From Steroidobacteraceae bacterium (GTDB lineage Bacteria > Pseudomonadota > Gammaproteobacteria > Steroidobacterales > Steroidobacteraceae), in contig DATNIE010000026.1 in the NCBI GenBank assembly GCA_035604595.1, positions 18,908 to 82,907 on the forward strand: a stretch of DNA of 64,000 nt, given 5' to 3'. Shown piece by piece: positions 63,656 through 64,000 of the stretch. The translations under genes were made by a program, and so were the position numbers. Below the pieces are notes generated by a model that was given only the letters and a program-made list of their open reading frames with translations, made no database searches and was not told where the DNA came from. The first letter of the stretch is position 1. The number at the start of each line of letters is the position of its first letter.

Positions 63656-64000
63656 TCACCAGATCCGCCACCAGTGCTTGCGGTTGATACTGGCCGCGGT
63701 CGCCGGGAAGTTGGTCGCCAGCACCTTGCCCGTGTCGGCCGCGAGGTCCGGCATGCCGAGCTTCTGATACGCCGCAATGATGATCTCGAGTGCCTCGCGG
63801 GTCGCTGGCGCCCCGTCGTAGGTCTCGATCACGTAGCGCGAGCGATCAATCGCGGCGACCCAGGCGCCGCGTCGCAGGTAATACCTCGCCACGTGTATCT
63901 CGTAATCTGCCAGCCGGTTGCGCAGATAGACCATCCGCTGCCGGGCATCGGCGGCGTAGTCGCTGTGCGGATACTGCGAGACGACGCGCGCAAAGGCATC
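63656..64000 (-). CDS. bamD: outer membrane protein assembly factor BamD, C-terminal part; 5' end outside window
   Basis: The frame stays open to nt 64000. ...QYPHSDYAADARQRMVYLRNRLADYEIHVARYYLRRGAWVAAIDR aligns with the conserved BamD (YfiO/ComL) TPR region. Confidence 0.85.
   Translation of the reverse strand, partial: DAFARVVSQYPHSDYAADARQRMVYLRNRLADYEIHVARYYLRRGAWVAAIDRSRYVIETYDGAPATREALEIIIAAYQKLGMPDLAADTGKVLATNFPATAASINRKHWWRIW

Overview
This is a 64-kb stretch of chromosomal core from a high-G+C proteobacterium with gammaproteobacterial gene order. One housekeeping line counted by hand (30001-30060) is 47/60 G+C. Almost every base is accounted for by conserved genes.

Gene content, left to right:
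- 1-6.6 kb: small hydrolase/accessory block. It holds a penicillin-acylase-family 3' fragment, a D-aminoacylase-like amidohydrolase, a MoxR AAA+ / CoxE-like VWA pair, bcp and a patatin-like lipase.
- 6.6-12.8 kb, minus strand: kdsD-kdsC-lptC-lptA-lptB-rpoN-hpf-rapZ.
- 13-21.8 kb: ibaG-murA, a DegS/AlgW-like protease, petABC (cytochrome bc1), sspB, and divergent lpoA / rsmI.
- 21.85-22.26 kb: RNase P RNA (rnpB), the only RNA gene I can see.
- 22.5-41.3 kb: a complete, very compact dcw cluster running mraZ-rsmH-ftsL-ftsI-murE-murF-mraY-murD-ftsW-murG-murC-murB-ddl-ftsQ-ftsA-ftsZ-lpxC.
- 41.3-46.8 kb: a DUF721-like gene, an M23 peptidase, secA, and a mutT fusion.
- 46.8-49.9 kb: a membrane-anchored wHTH/TolB-propeller regulator and a GST.
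- 49.9-59.6 kb, minus strand: yacG-zapD-coaE-pilD-pilC-pilB-pilA and pilR-pilS.
- 59.7-64 kb: sucCD, nadE and the 3' part of bamD.

I found no rRNA, tRNA, CRISPR array, transposase, integrase or phage genes.

Regulatory sites readable directly from the sequence:
- a near-consensus sigma-70 promoter followed by three phased MraZ boxes upstream of mraZ;
- a perfect sigma-54 promoter with an IHF-like site upstream of pilA;
- a strong intrinsic terminator after pilA.

I do not see a convincing novel multi-gene system here. The window is essentially ordinary core genome.

Items most worth a second look:
- the wHTH-TolB regulator plus yacG-coupled GST, inserted into an otherwise E. coli-like mutT/yacG junction;
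- a 55-aa basic Pro/Ala/Arg/Lys tail on SucD;
- the pilA leader palindrome and promoter architecture;
- an SD-preceded 55-codon ORF in the ftsZ-lpxC spacer;
- the orphan MoxR/VWA pair;
- the absence of ptsN/npr, sspA and mlaFEDCB from their usual positions.

Many long antisense or out-of-frame ORFs in the supplied track are high-GC artefacts and were rejected.
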